DNA of 64,000 bases, from the IMG/VR virus record IMGVR_UViG_2920970810_000002; one strand, written 5' to 3'. Both the position numbers and the translations under genes were made by a program. This document shows positions 20,435 to 30,179 of the stretch, one piece after another. The stretch is from an uncultured virus (IMG/VR IMGVR_UViG_2920970810_000002). Its lineage: Duplodnaviria > Heunggongvirae > Uroviricota > Caudoviricetes. Under the pieces are notes generated by a model. That model saw nothing but the letters and a program-made list of their open reading frames with translations. It was not told the origin of the DNA and ran no database searches. Numbering within the stretch: the stretch's first letter is position 1; every line of letters begins with the position of its first letter.

Positions 20435-20641
20435 TCAGGTCAGCAGGTTACCGGTGCAACCGTGCCGATCGCGCGGACGGCGCGCCTTCACGCCGAGAGG
20501 GAGCGGCGCGGTATCCGGCAGGGCCGAACCTCCGCGCCCTGCCTTCCCCGCCGGCATCGCCAGCAGCGCGCGGCAGGCCTCGGCGAGCGCGCAGGCCGCG
20601 GCGCGGCGCAGCCGGACGGCGGCAAGGCTTTCGCGGCTCAT
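20435..20641 (-). CDS. Hypothetical protein (doubtful)
   Basis: ATGA overlap with the upstream gene; low-complexity sequence. Confidence 0.3.
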   Translation of the reverse strand: MSRESLAAVRLRRAAACALAEACRALLAMPAGKAGRGGSALPDTAPLPLGVKARRPRDRHGCTGNLLT

Positions 20642-20835
20642 CGGCCCAGCCTTTCCTGGATGACGGCGGTGAGCGCGGCGAGCGAGGCGGCGAGTTGGCG
20701 GTCGGCCTCGAGCCGCTCGCGGTCATAGGCGAGCCGCTCCCTGGCGGTGGTCATGCGCTCCCACACCAGCCAGCCGATGATGAGGCCGGCCGGCCCGAAG
20801 CGGGTGGCAAGCTCGAGGATGAGCGATGGCTCCAT
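20638..20835 (-). CDS. Holin-like small membrane protein
   Basis: AGGAGGAG RBS; one TM segment (FGPAGLIIGWLVW) then coiled coil; precedes the endolysin. Confidence 0.55.
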   Translation of the reverse strand: MEPSLILELATRFGPAGLIIGWLVWERMTTARERLAYDRERLEADRQLAASLAALTAVIQERLGR

Positions 20836-20856
20836 GATGCTCCTCCTTTCATGCGA

Positions 20857-21498
20857 TCAGCCGGCAGCGAGGAAGGTGATGCCGGCAAGCGAGCTGAACA
20901 CGGCATTCGATCCCTGGAGGATCACCTCGCCCGCGGGCGTCACATCGACCCGGTAGGCGCCGCCGCCCGACCAGCAGGCGAACATCAGCCGCGCAGGTGG
21001 GCGATAGCCGGCAAGCAAAGTGAACACGGTGCCGTCGCTCCCGGCCTGCATCAGCCCCTCGATGCTCACCCGCCCATGGGCATCGCGCCAGTAGCGGGGT
21101 GAGGCATAGCCCGATCCGTAGCCGATCCAGCCGAGGGCCAGCGTCGGGATCTGCATCGCCTCGGCCGGCAGGTCGCCCCAGGCGCTGCCGGAGAAGGTCA
21201 CGAGCCGCTGGGCCTGCTCGTCCCACAGCCGCCAGCCCGCGCGCGGCACGAGGAAGCGCCAGCCCGATTGCCACAGTGCGATCCGGCCGCTCTGACCCGT
21301 CCACGCACCGGTGGCGCCGGGCCCGACGATCCACGCCTCGCCCTCGGCGGGCGCGGCCGGCGGGGCGGAGAGGTGGCGGCCCTTGACCCGCCCCTGCACC
21401 AGGGCATCGAGCAGGATCAGCGCCTCGTTGTGGGTCACCTCCTTCTGCGCCTGGGCGGCATCGATGAAGGGCAAGGCAAGGTTGGGAGTGGTCGTCAC
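20857..21498 (-). CDS. DUF2793-type tail-associated protein
   Basis: TPNLALPFIDAAQAQKEVTHNEAL, GAWTGQ. Confidence 0.85.
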   Translation of the reverse strand: MTTTPNLALPFIDAAQAQKEVTHNEALILLDALVQGRVKGRHLSAPPAAPAEGEAWIVGPGATGAWTGQSGRIALWQSGWRFLVPRAGWRLWDEQAQRLVTFSGSAWGDLPAEAMQIPTLALGWIGYGSGYASPRYWRDAHGRVSIEGLMQAGSDGTVFTLLAGYRPPARLMFACWSGGGAYRVDVTPAGEVILQGSNAVFSSLAGITFLAAG

Positions 21499-23741
21499 AG
21501 GGTCACCTCCAGGGCTGCGCCGCGCCCCACCCGCTCGCTCAGCTGGTGGATGCGGCAGGTCACGGCAGGTTGCACGGTGCCGAAGTCGGCGATCTGGTCC
21601 GCAGCCGGGTAGAGCGCCTGCGGCTGGGTGGTGGCGATGGTGCGCCTGACGCTGCTGCCTGCCATGATGTCGATCTGATATGCCTCGCCCGCCTCGCCGA
21701 GCGGGGCATCGACATGGTCGCTCCAGGGCGCGGGCCAGCGGGTGCGGCGGATCCAGCGGATCGCCAGATCGCCCGCGCCGTTGCGCTCACCTCGCGCATG
21801 GACGGGAGCAAGCGGGATCAGCGCGCGCGCCTGCCAGGCAAGGCTGATGGTCGGCGCATCCTCGGCCCGGGTGCCGAGCGAGACCGCGCGCCATTGGCGC
21901 AGCGCCCCGCGCTCGGCCAGCGGCAGGGCGAGCCGGGCGTTCCCGGCGGAGCCAGTGAGCAGCACGAAGCGCTCGCCTGGGCCATGGGCGCCGATCGCAT
22001 CACCGGTGCCGCGCCGCCCGCGCAGCAGGGTGGCAAGACGCCAGGTGCCCGGCGCGACCAGTTCGGCATCGCGGAACTGGATCACCTCCCCGCCGACGAG
22101 GCAGGCATTGGCGCCGGAGAGCACCGCCGCCTCGCTCACGCTCTCGAGCGTGTCGGACGGATCGAGGAGGCTGACGGTGAGGCTGCTTGCCCGGTCCCAG
22201 ACATGGGGCGAGGCCGGTGGCAGGACGTCGAGCGCGGTGCCGAGCACGGCTGCCTCGGTGAGGTCGGCGAGCCGCTCCCAGGTGGCGCCGCCATCGGCCG
22301 ATCGCTCGAGCACCGCGCCGCGCCAGCCGGCCGAGGCCCCGGCCGCGGCGAGCAGCAGGTGCGGCCCGTCGTCCTCCTCGCGCAGCAGCGGCAGATCGAG
22401 GAGGTGGGCGGTGGTCACCCCGGGCAGCAGCACTTCCTGCGGCGGCACCGGGGCCGGCGCGGCGCTGGCGATGCGCGAGAGCGCGGCGGCGCCGTCGGTC
22501 ACCGCCTCGACCAGCAGGCTGCCCGGCAGGCGCAGCTCGCGCCGGGTGACCCGCAAGGTGCGCGCGCGGCCCTCGCCATCCAGCACCACCAGCTTGTCGC
22601 CCGGCTCGACGTGGAGATAGGCGATCGGCAGCTGGCAGGTGACCGTGTCGCGCCCGAGCCACTGGAGCCAGACCATCCGCTCGGCGATCGCCTTGGCCTC
22701 GGAGGCCTCGAGCACCAGCGGCAGGTCGACCGAGAGATCGGCGGTGCTGGGGCTGGTCGAGCGGCGGGCGCGCTGCGCGTTCACCTGGTAGTCGCGCGCG
22801 GGATCGAGGTGCTGCACGGTGATCTGGCGCGGCAGTTCGGCCTCCGCCGTGCGCCGGAGCTCGAGCGGCGGCGGCTCGCTGCCGAAGGGGTGGGCGCCGA
22901 GTTCGCCGGCGGGCACCCGCGCGACCGGCGTGCCATCGGCGGGGAAGAAGGCGAGCGCGCCCTCGATCTCGGCGGCATCGAAGAAGAAGGCGCTGCGCAG
23001 CGGCTCGAGCACCTGGCGGATGCTCGCCGGGCGCGCCACGGCATAGCCGGCAAGGTCGATGCGCCCGGTGCGCGCGGCATCGAGGAAGGGCACGCCGGCG
23101 AGGCTGCACAGCTCCTCGATCACGCTCGCCACCGTGGCCGAGGCCTGCGCCTCGACCTCGAAGGTGAAGTTGGGGATGCGGTTGCCGAAGTCGGCAAGCT
23201 CGAGGCGCTCGAACACCACATAGGCAAGACCGCGGTGCGCCGGGCAGCCCGCCGCACCGAGGGCTGCCTGCATGGCGGGATCGGGCATCTGGTCCTCGCT
23301 GCCGGGGTAGACGCGCAGCGCCTCGGCGTGGCGCTGCACCCCGTCGGCATCGCGGAACAGCTTGCCGTCGGCCCAGATGCGCCGCACGCCCGCGATGGGC
23401 CCGCGGCACAGCGCGATCGCGCAGTCGACATGGTAGCTGTAGGTGGTGGTGGTGGTCTTCGCCCCGCCGCCCTTGCCGCCCTGCTTCGTGGTGGTCTTGG
23501 TCTCGATGAGGCCGGTCGACCAGATGAGATTGCCGGCGATGCGGCCCGTCCCCCACAGCCGCGGGATGGGCTGGCCGTAGCTCGAGGCCTGCACCGCCAG
23601 ATCGGCAAGACGCGGGCCCTCGGCGCTCACCGTGGGGGCGAACAGGGTGCGGTCGAGCGCCGAGCCGATGAGGCCGCCGATCGTGCCGCCCAGCGGCCCG
23701 CCGATCGCGGTGCCGACCGCGGAGAGGACGAGCGAGGCCAT
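21495..23741 (-). CDS. Tail tip/host-specificity protein (RcGTA g15-like)
   Basis: EGPRLADL, SSYGQPIP, RIWADGK, AHRGLAYVVF, FGNRIP. Confidence 0.88.
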   Translation of the reverse strand: MASLVLSAVGTAIGGPLGGTIGGLIGSALDRTLFAPTVSAEGPRLADLAVQASSYGQPIPRLWGTGRIAGNLIWSTGLIETKTTTKQGGKGGGAKTTTTTYSYHVDCAIALCRGPIAGVRRIWADGKLFRDADGVQRHAEALRVYPGSEDQMPDPAMQAALGAAGCPAHRGLAYVVFERLELADFGNRIPNFTFEVEAQASATVASVIEELCSLAGVPFLDAARTGRIDLAGYAVARPASIRQVLEPLRSAFFFDAAEIEGALAFFPADGTPVARVPAGELGAHPFGSEPPPLELRRTAEAELPRQITVQHLDPARDYQVNAQRARRSTSPSTADLSVDLPLVLEASEAKAIAERMVWLQWLGRDTVTCQLPIAYLHVEPGDKLVVLDGEGRARTLRVTRRELRLPGSLLVEAVTDGAAALSRIASAAPAPVPPQEVLLPGVTTAHLLDLPLLREEDDGPHLLLAAAGASAGWRGAVLERSADGGATWERLADLTEAAVLGTALDVLPPASPHVWDRASSLTVSLLDPSDTLESVSEAAVLSGANACLVGGEVIQFRDAELVAPGTWRLATLLRGRRGTGDAIGAHGPGERFVLLTGSAGNARLALPLAERGALRQWRAVSLGTRAEDAPTISLAWQARALIPLAPVHARGERNGAGDLAIRWIRRTRWPAPWSDHVDAPLGEAGEAYQIDIMAGSSVRRTIATTQPQALYPAADQIADFGTVQPAVTCRIHQLSERVGRGAALEVTL

Positions 23742-24196
23742 CAGTCCGCCTCCTCCTGCGCCACTCCCGGCAGGCGGAAGGCGGCAAGGATGCGCTGCGC
23801 CCAGTCCGCGTCGATGCGGTGCTCGACCACCCGGCGCCGGGGCGCATGGGCGTGGATGATCGCCGGATCGCCGGCAAGGTCGGAGCGGATCGCGAGATGC
23901 TGCGCGCGGCCCTCGATGGCGATCAGCAGCACGTCGCCGGGCCGGGCGGCGGCCGGATCGATGGGCTGCATCAGTTCGTGCGCGAGGCGGGCGAGCAGGT
24001 CGCTGTCGGGCCGGCGGGCATAGCCGGTGATGTCGAAGTCGGAGAGGCCGAGCTCATGCGCCACGGCGATGACGAGGCCGACGCAGTCGACCCCCACCCC
24101 GCGCCGCCGCCCCTGGTGGCAGAAGGGGGTGCCGAGCCAGCGCCGCGCGGCGGCCACCACCGCGGCGCCGGTGACGCGGGCGGCAGGCTCAGCCAT
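23741..24196 (-). CDS. NlpC/P60 tail peptidase (RcGTA g14-like)
   Basis: ARRWLGTPFCHQG, DCVGL, HLAI, IIHA. Confidence 0.9.
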   Translation of the reverse strand: MAEPAARVTGAAVVAAARRWLGTPFCHQGRRRGVGVDCVGLVIAVAHELGLSDFDITGYARRPDSDLLARLAHELMQPIDPAAARPGDVLLIAIEGRAQHLAIRSDLAGDPAIIHAHAPRRRVVEHRIDADWAQRILAAFRLPGVAQEEAD

Positions 24197-25025
24197 GGAC
24201 GATCTTGCCCCCGCCGCGCAGCGTGCCGGTGCTCGTGCTGCTGGGGATGATCACCGGGAACAGGCAGGCATCGTTGGGGATGTCGGGCAGGCCGAGCTGG
24301 GCCCAGTCGGCGACGTTGGAGAAGTTCGCCAGCGGCATGGGCAGAGCGGTGCGCGGGCGGGTGACGGTGATCCCGGCACTGCCCGCCGCCCCGGTCGAGG
24401 CCGAGAGCGTGACGCTGCTCACCCCGCGGATGTTGCGCCCCTGCTGGGCGGCGGTGCGCAGGCCGTCGAGGCTGAAGAGGCGCCCGGCCGCCAGACTGCC
24501 GCCCACGGCGAGCGGGTTGAGGGTGCCGGTCGAGCCGTCATCGAAGGTGACGGTGAAGGTGGCGTTGGCCGCGGTCGCGCCGCCGGGGCTGTAGATCTCG
24601 TACCACCACTGCAGGTCGGAGAAGTCCGCGCGGCCGATCCGGTCCGCTGCGACGCCGAGCGTCTGGACATCCACGCCAACCGTTTGCGCGCTCGTCACCG
24701 AGAGGTTGAGCCCGCCCATGTGCGCCAGCCGGTCGTGGATCTCCAGCGTCGTGGCGCTGGCGCTCGAGACCGCCCAGAGCCAGGCGAGATAGCTGCGGCG
24801 CGGCGCGGCCTGGTTGGCAAAGGGCAAGGCGCCGACGAGGGCCCCGGTGCAGACCTCGGCCGCACCGGGGATGGCGCCCTGCCCCGGCGTGCCGGTCGCG
24901 CGCCACAGCGAGGCATATTGACCGGCAGAGCCGGAGCCGAGGGCGATGGAGCCCTTGTCGATGACGATGCGACTGGCGCCGTTGGCAAGCGCATCGATCA
25001 GCTGGTCACGGGTGGTGATCGGCAT
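24189..25025 (-). CDS. Hypothetical virion protein, Gly/Ala/Thr-rich
   Basis: MPITTRDQLIDALANG start; beta-rich composition; lies in the tail module. Confidence 0.6.
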   Translation of the reverse strand: MPITTRDQLIDALANGASRIVIDKGSIALGSGSAGQYASLWRATGTPGQGAIPGAAEVCTGALVGALPFANQAAPRRSYLAWLWAVSSASATTLEIHDRLAHMGGLNLSVTSAQTVGVDVQTLGVAADRIGRADFSDLQWWYEIYSPGGATAANATFTVTFDDGSTGTLNPLAVGGSLAAGRLFSLDGLRTAAQQGRNIRGVSSVTLSASTGAAGSAGITVTRPRTALPMPLANFSNVADWAQLGLPDIPNDACLFPVIIPSSTSTGTLRGGGKIVHG

Positions 25026-25042
25026 GGCTGGGGTCCTCGGGT

Positions 25043-25327
25043 TCAGGGCGCAGGGTCGGGGGTCACATCGGGCCAGGCCGCGATTGCGGCGCGGCGGCGG
25101 GCCTCGCACAGGGCAAGGTCGATGTCGCGCTGGCGCAGCGCGCGCTCGGCCCCGGCGGCGGTGAGCGTGCCGTCAGGGCCGGTCGGGAGCGGGGTGCGCG
25201 TGCAGGGCTGCAGCGCCACCGCCGGGGGCGGCGGCACCTTCCAGGCCAAGGGCAGCGGCGCTGGCCTCGATGGACTGCACGCGCCCAGCATCAAGGCACA
25301 GCACAGCGCCGGCAGGGGTGGTCTCAT
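25043..25327 (-). CDS. Second o-spanin-like lipoprotein
   Basis: Lipobox MLGAC, Pro-rich, two further Cys; overlaps the upstream gene in another frame. Confidence 0.6.
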   Translation of the reverse strand: MRPPLPALCCALMLGACSPSRPAPLPLAWKVPPPPAVALQPCTRTPLPTGPDGTLTAAGAERALRQRDIDLALCEARRRAAIAAWPDVTPDPAP

Positions 25328-25616
25328 GGGTGCGGGCCTCCTCGAGCGAGTGGATGATGATCGGCTGCAGCTTCTCGCGGGTGAGGGCATGGGCGGTGCT
25401 CGCCGCGCTCGCCCGCGCTGCTGCAGCAGCCTCGAGCGCAGTGATCTGCCGGGTCTGCGCCTCGAGCGCGGCCTGCCAGCGCGCCGCCGCTTCGGCCGCG
25501 GCGCGGGCCTCGCCTTCGGCCTTGCGCGCCGCCCCGAACTGCCAGAGCACGAGCGCGGCCAGCGCCAGCAGGATGAGGCCGGCGCCCATCGGCAGCAGGC
25601 TGCGCCACGGGCTCAC
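25173..25616 (-). CDS. Second i-spanin-like protein
   Basis: N-terminal TM helix, Ala-rich coiled coil, C-terminal Cys; GTG start inferred. Confidence 0.6.
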   Translation of the reverse strand: MSPWRSLLPMGAGLILLALAALVLWQFGAARKAEGEARAAAEAAARWQAALEAQTRQITALEAAAAARASAASTAHALTREKLQPIIIHSLEEARTHETTPAGAVLCLDAGRVQSIEASAAALGLEGAAAPGGGAAALHAHPAPDRP

Positions 25617-25819
25617 GGCTCGCCCGCCTCGCCCCGGTCGGCCCCGGGGCGCTCCCACAGCAGCATGGCAGCGAGGCTGGCGAGCGCGGCGGCCGCGGCG
25701 GACCAGACCTGCCACTCGGCCTCGGAGATCCCGAGCGCGAGCGCGAGGCCGGCGAACCCCGCCCAGGTCGAGGGTTCGCGCATGCGATTGACGAGATAGC
25801 GGATCATGGCAGTCTCCAT
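25613..25819 (-). CDS. Holin-like protein
   Basis: RMREPSTWAG followed by two hydrophobic helices; true start may be 25807. Confidence 0.6.
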   Translation of the reverse strand: METAMIRYLVNRMREPSTWAGFAGLALALGISEAEWQVWSAAAAALASLAAMLLWERPGADRGEAGEP

Positions 25820-25891
25820 CGGCGCCCCGCCGCCAGCCCGGCGGGGCGCAAGGTGATGAGGCTTGGCTGGAAAGAGGGTCGAAGACCGCGC

Positions 25892-28792
25892 TCAGCCGCG
25901 CGGATCGGGATAGCGCAGCATCGCATCCTGCCCCGGCACGTGCGGCTCACCGCGGAAGTTGAGCACGTTGGCGAACTTGTCGCGGCAGGTGGCCAGCGCC
26001 TTGTCGCAGCCGGCATGGAGGATGAAGCCATCGCCCACGGCGATGTCGCGCCCCATCGGCTCCCACAGCTCGATCCGCCCGCCCACCTGGCTGCGCACCT
26101 CGCAGCGCCGTCCGGCATTGGCGCCGCTCGTCCAGACGAGCTCGCCATAGTCGGCCCAGCCGTCGGGCTTGCCGAGGCCGGAAGCCTGGAACACCCGGTT
26201 GTCGCTCACCGCGCCGAGGCTGCCATCGGTGAGCGCGGTGACGACGGCGCTTGCGGCATGGGCGGCGCGGCTCACCCCGCATTGGGGCGAATAGAGATCG
26301 ACCCGGCATTCGGGGCTGTAGCTGTCGATCACCGGCTGCTGGATCGCCTGGGCGAGCCCGCGCAGCTCGGCGCGGAAGGAGCCGCCCGCCGCGCTCACCG
26401 TGCCGATCCGCCCGCGCCGCACGATGGTGCGCGGCAGATCGGGCGCGCTCCAGTCGATCACGAACAGCTCGACCGCGGCATGGTCATAGACCCCGGCGAG
26501 CAGGTCCGCGGCGGTGATCGCCTCGGCATCGAGCGCGCCCAGCAGCTCGACATCGCCCACCGACATGTCGGCGGCCGAGGCGATCTGGCTGGCCGAGAAG
26601 GCATTGGCGGGCTGGTAGGCGAGCCCGTCCACCACCAGCGGCCGGTCGTGCGAGGTGAACCCCAGCACCACCCCGTCGGTGCGTTCGATCCGCCAGCACT
26701 GGGCAAGGTGGGTGAGGCCGCCCCACAGCTTCCAGTCGCGCCGGTCGAAGGTCCAGCCGTCGCGCATCACCTGCTCGCGGCTCCAGACGAACACCTCGGC
26801 CGGCCCCTCGCGGAAGGCGCGCCAGATCGCCCGGTCGGTCTCGTGCCAGATCCAGGTGGTCTCGGGCCTCAAGGTGAACCCGGCGAAGTAGTGGATCTGC
26901 TCCTTGGGATAGCCGAGCACCCGGGTGGCGAGCAGCCAGGTCAGACGGGCAAGATCGTGCCGCGCCTCGGCGATCCAGTCATAATCCTCGATCTGCAGCA
27001 CGTCGAAGGCGGGATGCTGCCAGTCGGCCTCGGGGAAGTTGAGCGTGCGCAGCATCGGCGCATCCTCGCGCAGGATCTGCGGGGTGAAGACCAGCAGGTG
27101 GCTGCGCCCCTCGCTCCCGTTGCTGCCGCCCCGGCCGAAATATGCCTGCGTCTCGATCGCGCCCGCGCCGGGGCTGTCCCAGGCATCGGCCCCGCCGCGA
27201 AAGCGCCGCTCGATCTGGGGCATGCGCTCTGCGGCCCCGGCCCCGCGCACCGCCTCGACCAGCCAGCGGGTGGCGACGCCCAGCTGGTCGCGGCACCAGG
27301 CGAGATAGGGCAGATGCTGCGCGGCGGGCTGGCCGAAGATGGTGGCGAGCCGCGGCGTCGGCACCGCCTGGCCGGTCGCCGCGGTGTAGGCCGCCTCGGT
27401 GGTGGCATCGTAGATGTGCGGGGCGTGATTGCCGAAGCTGCCGTCCCACCACCACGGCTCGCCGATCTGGAAGTGGCGCGGCGCGCCTTCCGGCAGCAGG
27501 TCCAGCACCGCGAGGAACACCGCGCGCAGCCAGGCCAGCGCCTGCGGATGGGTCGGCGCGATCAGGCTCGAGGGCGGCTCCCAGCCGGTCGTGGCCATGG
27601 TGCCGTCATGCGCGCGCTGCGCCCAGGCCGAGGGCATGAAGCGGGCGAGGATCTCGAAGGAGACCGAGACGATCACCGTGTAGCCCAGGGCGTGCAGGCG
27701 CGCGAGGAAGTCGGCAAGCCACTGCACCGTCGGCGCGTTGAGCGGATAGGCGCCCGCATCGACCACGTGGCGCTGTTCCCCCGCATCCCAGACGAGCGCG
27801 TGGAACTTGGAGATGCCCATGTAGAGCACGTAAGGCCCGCGATAGCCCAGCGCGTGGACCTGGCGCGCCAGCCGCTCAGGGGTGAAGGGATAGGCGTTGT
27901 CGAAGCCATCGGCCATCCTCAGGTCGTGCGCGTCAAGCGGGGCGCTGCGCAGCGGCAGGGTGCTGTTGGGGCCGGAGACGGTGATGTTGGTGAGGCTCAC
28001 CTCGGCCTGCGCCTCGCCGAGCGGCTCGGGCTCGGCGGTCTCGACGAAGGCCTCGGCCCCGGCCGGGATCGGGGTGCCGCCGCCGGTCACCAGCGGCGGG
28101 GTGATGGCGAGGGTCTGCACCGGCCCGCTGGTGGCGGAAGTGACGGTATAGGCCGGGACATCGGGATGCGAGCCGAGGATATAGACCCGCGCGCCCGGGG
28201 CGATCGGTCCGCCATCGCCGACGTTGAGCGTGATCGTGCTGGTCCCCGGTGCCGCCGGGGCGGCGAGCGCGCAGTCGCCCCGCCCGGCGGCGAGCGGCTG
28301 CAGCGAGATGAACAGGCGCTTCACATCGTGCCAGGGCACTGGCGCATCGGCGTAGAAGCCGCCGCGCGTGGTCTCGTCGAGCACCATGCGGATGTGGCAG
28401 GCATCGGGCGTGCCGCTGGTGGCATAGTTCCACAGCCGCACGTAGTGGGTGCCATTGCGGTATGTCTCGACCGTGAGCGAGACCGATTGCAGCCGGTCCA
28501 TTGGCCGGATGCCAGAGGAGAACCAGTCGAACTCCAGCACGCAGCCGCGGCAGTCCCGCGCGCGGTGGTAGGCGAACAGGCCGTGGTCCGCCCGGTCCTC
28601 GGTGTGCCAGATCAGGCCGGCAAGGTCGCGGTTGGTGCGGAACACCGCGCGCACTCGCAGCGCATCCGGCCCGGTGGTGATGACGCTCGCCATCATCGGC
28701 AGCGGAAAGTCGACCGTCCAGTATGCCGGCTCGAAGCGGCGGATCGTGGCATCGGCCTCGGCGCGGCGCGGCCAGGTGACGAGGCGGCTCAT
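25892..28792 (-). CDS. Large tail protein: TIM-barrel-like region fused to DUF2163/BR0599 baseplate hub
   Basis: N-terminal RFEPAYWTVDFP, FQIGEPWWW, DVLQIEDYDW; C-terminal CWRIERTDG, GFTSHDRPL, GCDK...C...FANVLNFRGEPHVPG. Confidence 0.8.
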   Translation of the reverse strand: MSRLVTWPRRAEADATIRRFEPAYWTVDFPLPMMASVITTGPDALRVRAVFRTNRDLAGLIWHTEDRADHGLFAYHRARDCRGCVLEFDWFSSGIRPMDRLQSVSLTVETYRNGTHYVRLWNYATSGTPDACHIRMVLDETTRGGFYADAPVPWHDVKRLFISLQPLAAGRGDCALAAPAAPGTSTITLNVGDGGPIAPGARVYILGSHPDVPAYTVTSATSGPVQTLAITPPLVTGGGTPIPAGAEAFVETAEPEPLGEAQAEVSLTNITVSGPNSTLPLRSAPLDAHDLRMADGFDNAYPFTPERLARQVHALGYRGPYVLYMGISKFHALVWDAGEQRHVVDAGAYPLNAPTVQWLADFLARLHALGYTVIVSVSFEILARFMPSAWAQRAHDGTMATTGWEPPSSLIAPTHPQALAWLRAVFLAVLDLLPEGAPRHFQIGEPWWWDGSFGNHAPHIYDATTEAAYTAATGQAVPTPRLATIFGQPAAQHLPYLAWCRDQLGVATRWLVEAVRGAGAAERMPQIERRFRGGADAWDSPGAGAIETQAYFGRGGSNGSEGRSHLLVFTPQILREDAPMLRTLNFPEADWQHPAFDVLQIEDYDWIAEARHDLARLTWLLATRVLGYPKEQIHYFAGFTLRPETTWIWHETDRAIWRAFREGPAEVFVWSREQVMRDGWTFDRRDWKLWGGLTHLAQCWRIERTDGVVLGFTSHDRPLVVDGLAYQPANAFSASQIASAADMSVGDVELLGALDAEAITAADLLAGVYDHAAVELFVIDWSAPDLPRTIVRRGRIGTVSAAGGSFRAELRGLAQAIQQPVIDSYSPECRVDLYSPQCGVSRAAHAASAVVTALTDGSLGAVSDNRVFQASGLGKPDGWADYGELVWTSGANAGRRCEVRSQVGGRIELWEPMGRDIAVGDGFILHAGCDKALATCRDKFANVLNFRGEPHVPGQDAMLRYPDPRG

Positions 28793-29418
28793 TCGCGGAT
28801 CTCCACGATCGGGATCTCGTCGAAGCGCATCACCCCGGGCACCGGCGCGCTCGCCTCGAGCCGGTCGGTATCGAAGCGCGCCGGCACGTCGAAGGCAAAG
28901 CCCGCGCTCACCGCCACGCCGGCCGGCACGGGACTGTCGAAGATGACAAGACCGGTGTCGTGCGCGACCGTGAACCCGGAGGCCTGCTCGATCCCGCCCA
29001 GCGCCACGCGCACGCTGCCCGCCACGGGGCGGGTGATGCGGCGAATATGCGCGCTCGGCCCGCTGCCATAGGTCTTGATCAGCTGGAAGAACTGCCGCGC
29101 CCCGTCGCCGGTGCCGAGCAGCTGGTCGGTGGGCGAAGGCGCGGCACGAACGCTGCACGACTTCCAGTCGGACCAGTCGCGCAAGCGAAAGCCCCGCGCC
29201 CGCCCGGCCCGGGCATGGAAGAAGGCGAGCAGCGCCTCGTGATCGGCAAGGGTGCGCACCCCCGGCGCCACGTTGAAGCGCCGCCGCGCCCCGGCCCAGT
29301 TGCGGTTGCGCTGCTCGAAGCCCGATGCCACCTCTGTCACCTCGGTCGAGAACTCCGGCCCCGCACTCGAGCCGATGGAGATGCCGATGGGAAAGAGCAC
29401 GTCGTCGAAGTCGGTCAT
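28789..29418 (-). CDS. DUF2460 distal tail protein (RcGTA g12-like)
   Basis: GPEFST, SGFEQRN, FFHARAG, AGFAFDVPARFDTD. Confidence 0.9.
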   Translation of the reverse strand: MTDFDDVLFPIGISIGSSAGPEFSTEVTEVASGFEQRNRNWAGARRRFNVAPGVRTLADHEALLAFFHARAGRARGFRLRDWSDWKSCSVRAAPSPTDQLLGTGDGARQFFQLIKTYGSGPSAHIRRITRPVAGSVRVALGGIEQASGFTVAHDTGLVIFDSPVPAGVAVSAGFAFDVPARFDTDRLEASAPVPGVMRFDEIPIVEIRE

Positions 29419-29472
29419 TGGGCTCGGTTCTCCCGACTGACTCGAGAGGGCTTGGCGCGCATCGTCATATTC

Positions 29473-29486
29473 GATATCATGATATC
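29473..29486. promoter_or_regulatory. Palindromic operator of the fitAB-like TA
   Basis: Perfect palindrome GATATCATGATATC just before the RBS. Confidence 0.65.
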
Positions 29487-29501
29487 AAAAGGAGGCATGC
29501 G

Positions 29502-29747
29502 ATGGCTCAACTGGTGGTTCGCAATCTCGATGAAGAGGTCAAACGGCGGCTGCAGAAACGGGCCCGGCGCCATGGCCGCAGCACGGAAGAGGAAGTGCGC
29601 TGCATCCTGCGGCGTGCGGCACTTGAGGAGGATGTGCCCGACATCCCGCTCGGTTCGCGCATCGCCGCCCGCTTTGCCGGCCTGGGACTCAAGCAGGACA
29701 TTCCCGAGCTGCGCGGTGAGATGGCACAGCCAGCCGTGTTCGACTGA
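29502..29747 (+). CDS. FitA-like RHH antitoxin
   Basis: MAQLVVRNLDEEVKRRL...HGRSTEEEVR. Confidence 0.9.
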   Translation: MAQLVVRNLDEEVKRRLQKRARRHGRSTEEEVRCILRRAALEEDVPDIPLGSRIAARFAGLGLKQDIPELRGEMAQPAVFD

Positions 29748-30172
29748 TGATCCTGCTCGATACCAACGTCGTCTCGGCTCTGATGCGCGACGAACCGGAT
29801 CCGGCGATCATTGCCTGGCTCGACAGCTTGCCATCCGGCTCGATCTGGACCTCGACCATCACGGCCTTCGAAATCCGCTTCGGCATCGAGCTTCTGAGCG
29901 AGAGCCGCAGGCGCCGTTCGCTTGAGGAAGCCTTCGACCTGGTTCTGGCTTCCGACCTCGAGGGACGGGTTCTTCCCTTCGACGAGGGTGCAGCCGATGC
30001 CGCTGCCCGCCTCGCCGCGCGCAGGCGTCAGCAAGGAAAGCCGATCGAAATCCGTGACGTGCAGATCGCCGGCATCGCGCTGGCGCGCAAGACCATGCTG
30101 GCGACGCGTAACGTCAGGCATTTCGAGGATACCGGTGTGAACCTCGTAAATCCCTGGTCCGTCTTGCCTTGA
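29747..30172 (+). CDS. vapC: PIN-domain toxin
   Basis: LLDTNVVS, DVQIAGIA, ATRNVRHF. Confidence 0.93.
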   Translation: MILLDTNVVSALMRDEPDPAIIAWLDSLPSGSIWTSTITAFEIRFGIELLSESRRRRSLEEAFDLVLASDLEGRVLPFDEGAADAAARLAARRRQQGKPIEIRDVQIAGIALARKTMLATRNVRHFEDTGVNLVNPWSVLP

Positions 30173-30179
30173 CCGAGCC

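Noticed and set aside
20857..28792. Diversity-generating retroelement or tail-fibre invertase
   Set aside because: No reverse transcriptase, invertase or TR/VR repeat pair noticed
20857..29418. Gene transfer agent cluster
   Set aside because: The tail-tip genes are GTA-like, but the element has a lambda-type head plus replication and immunity genes
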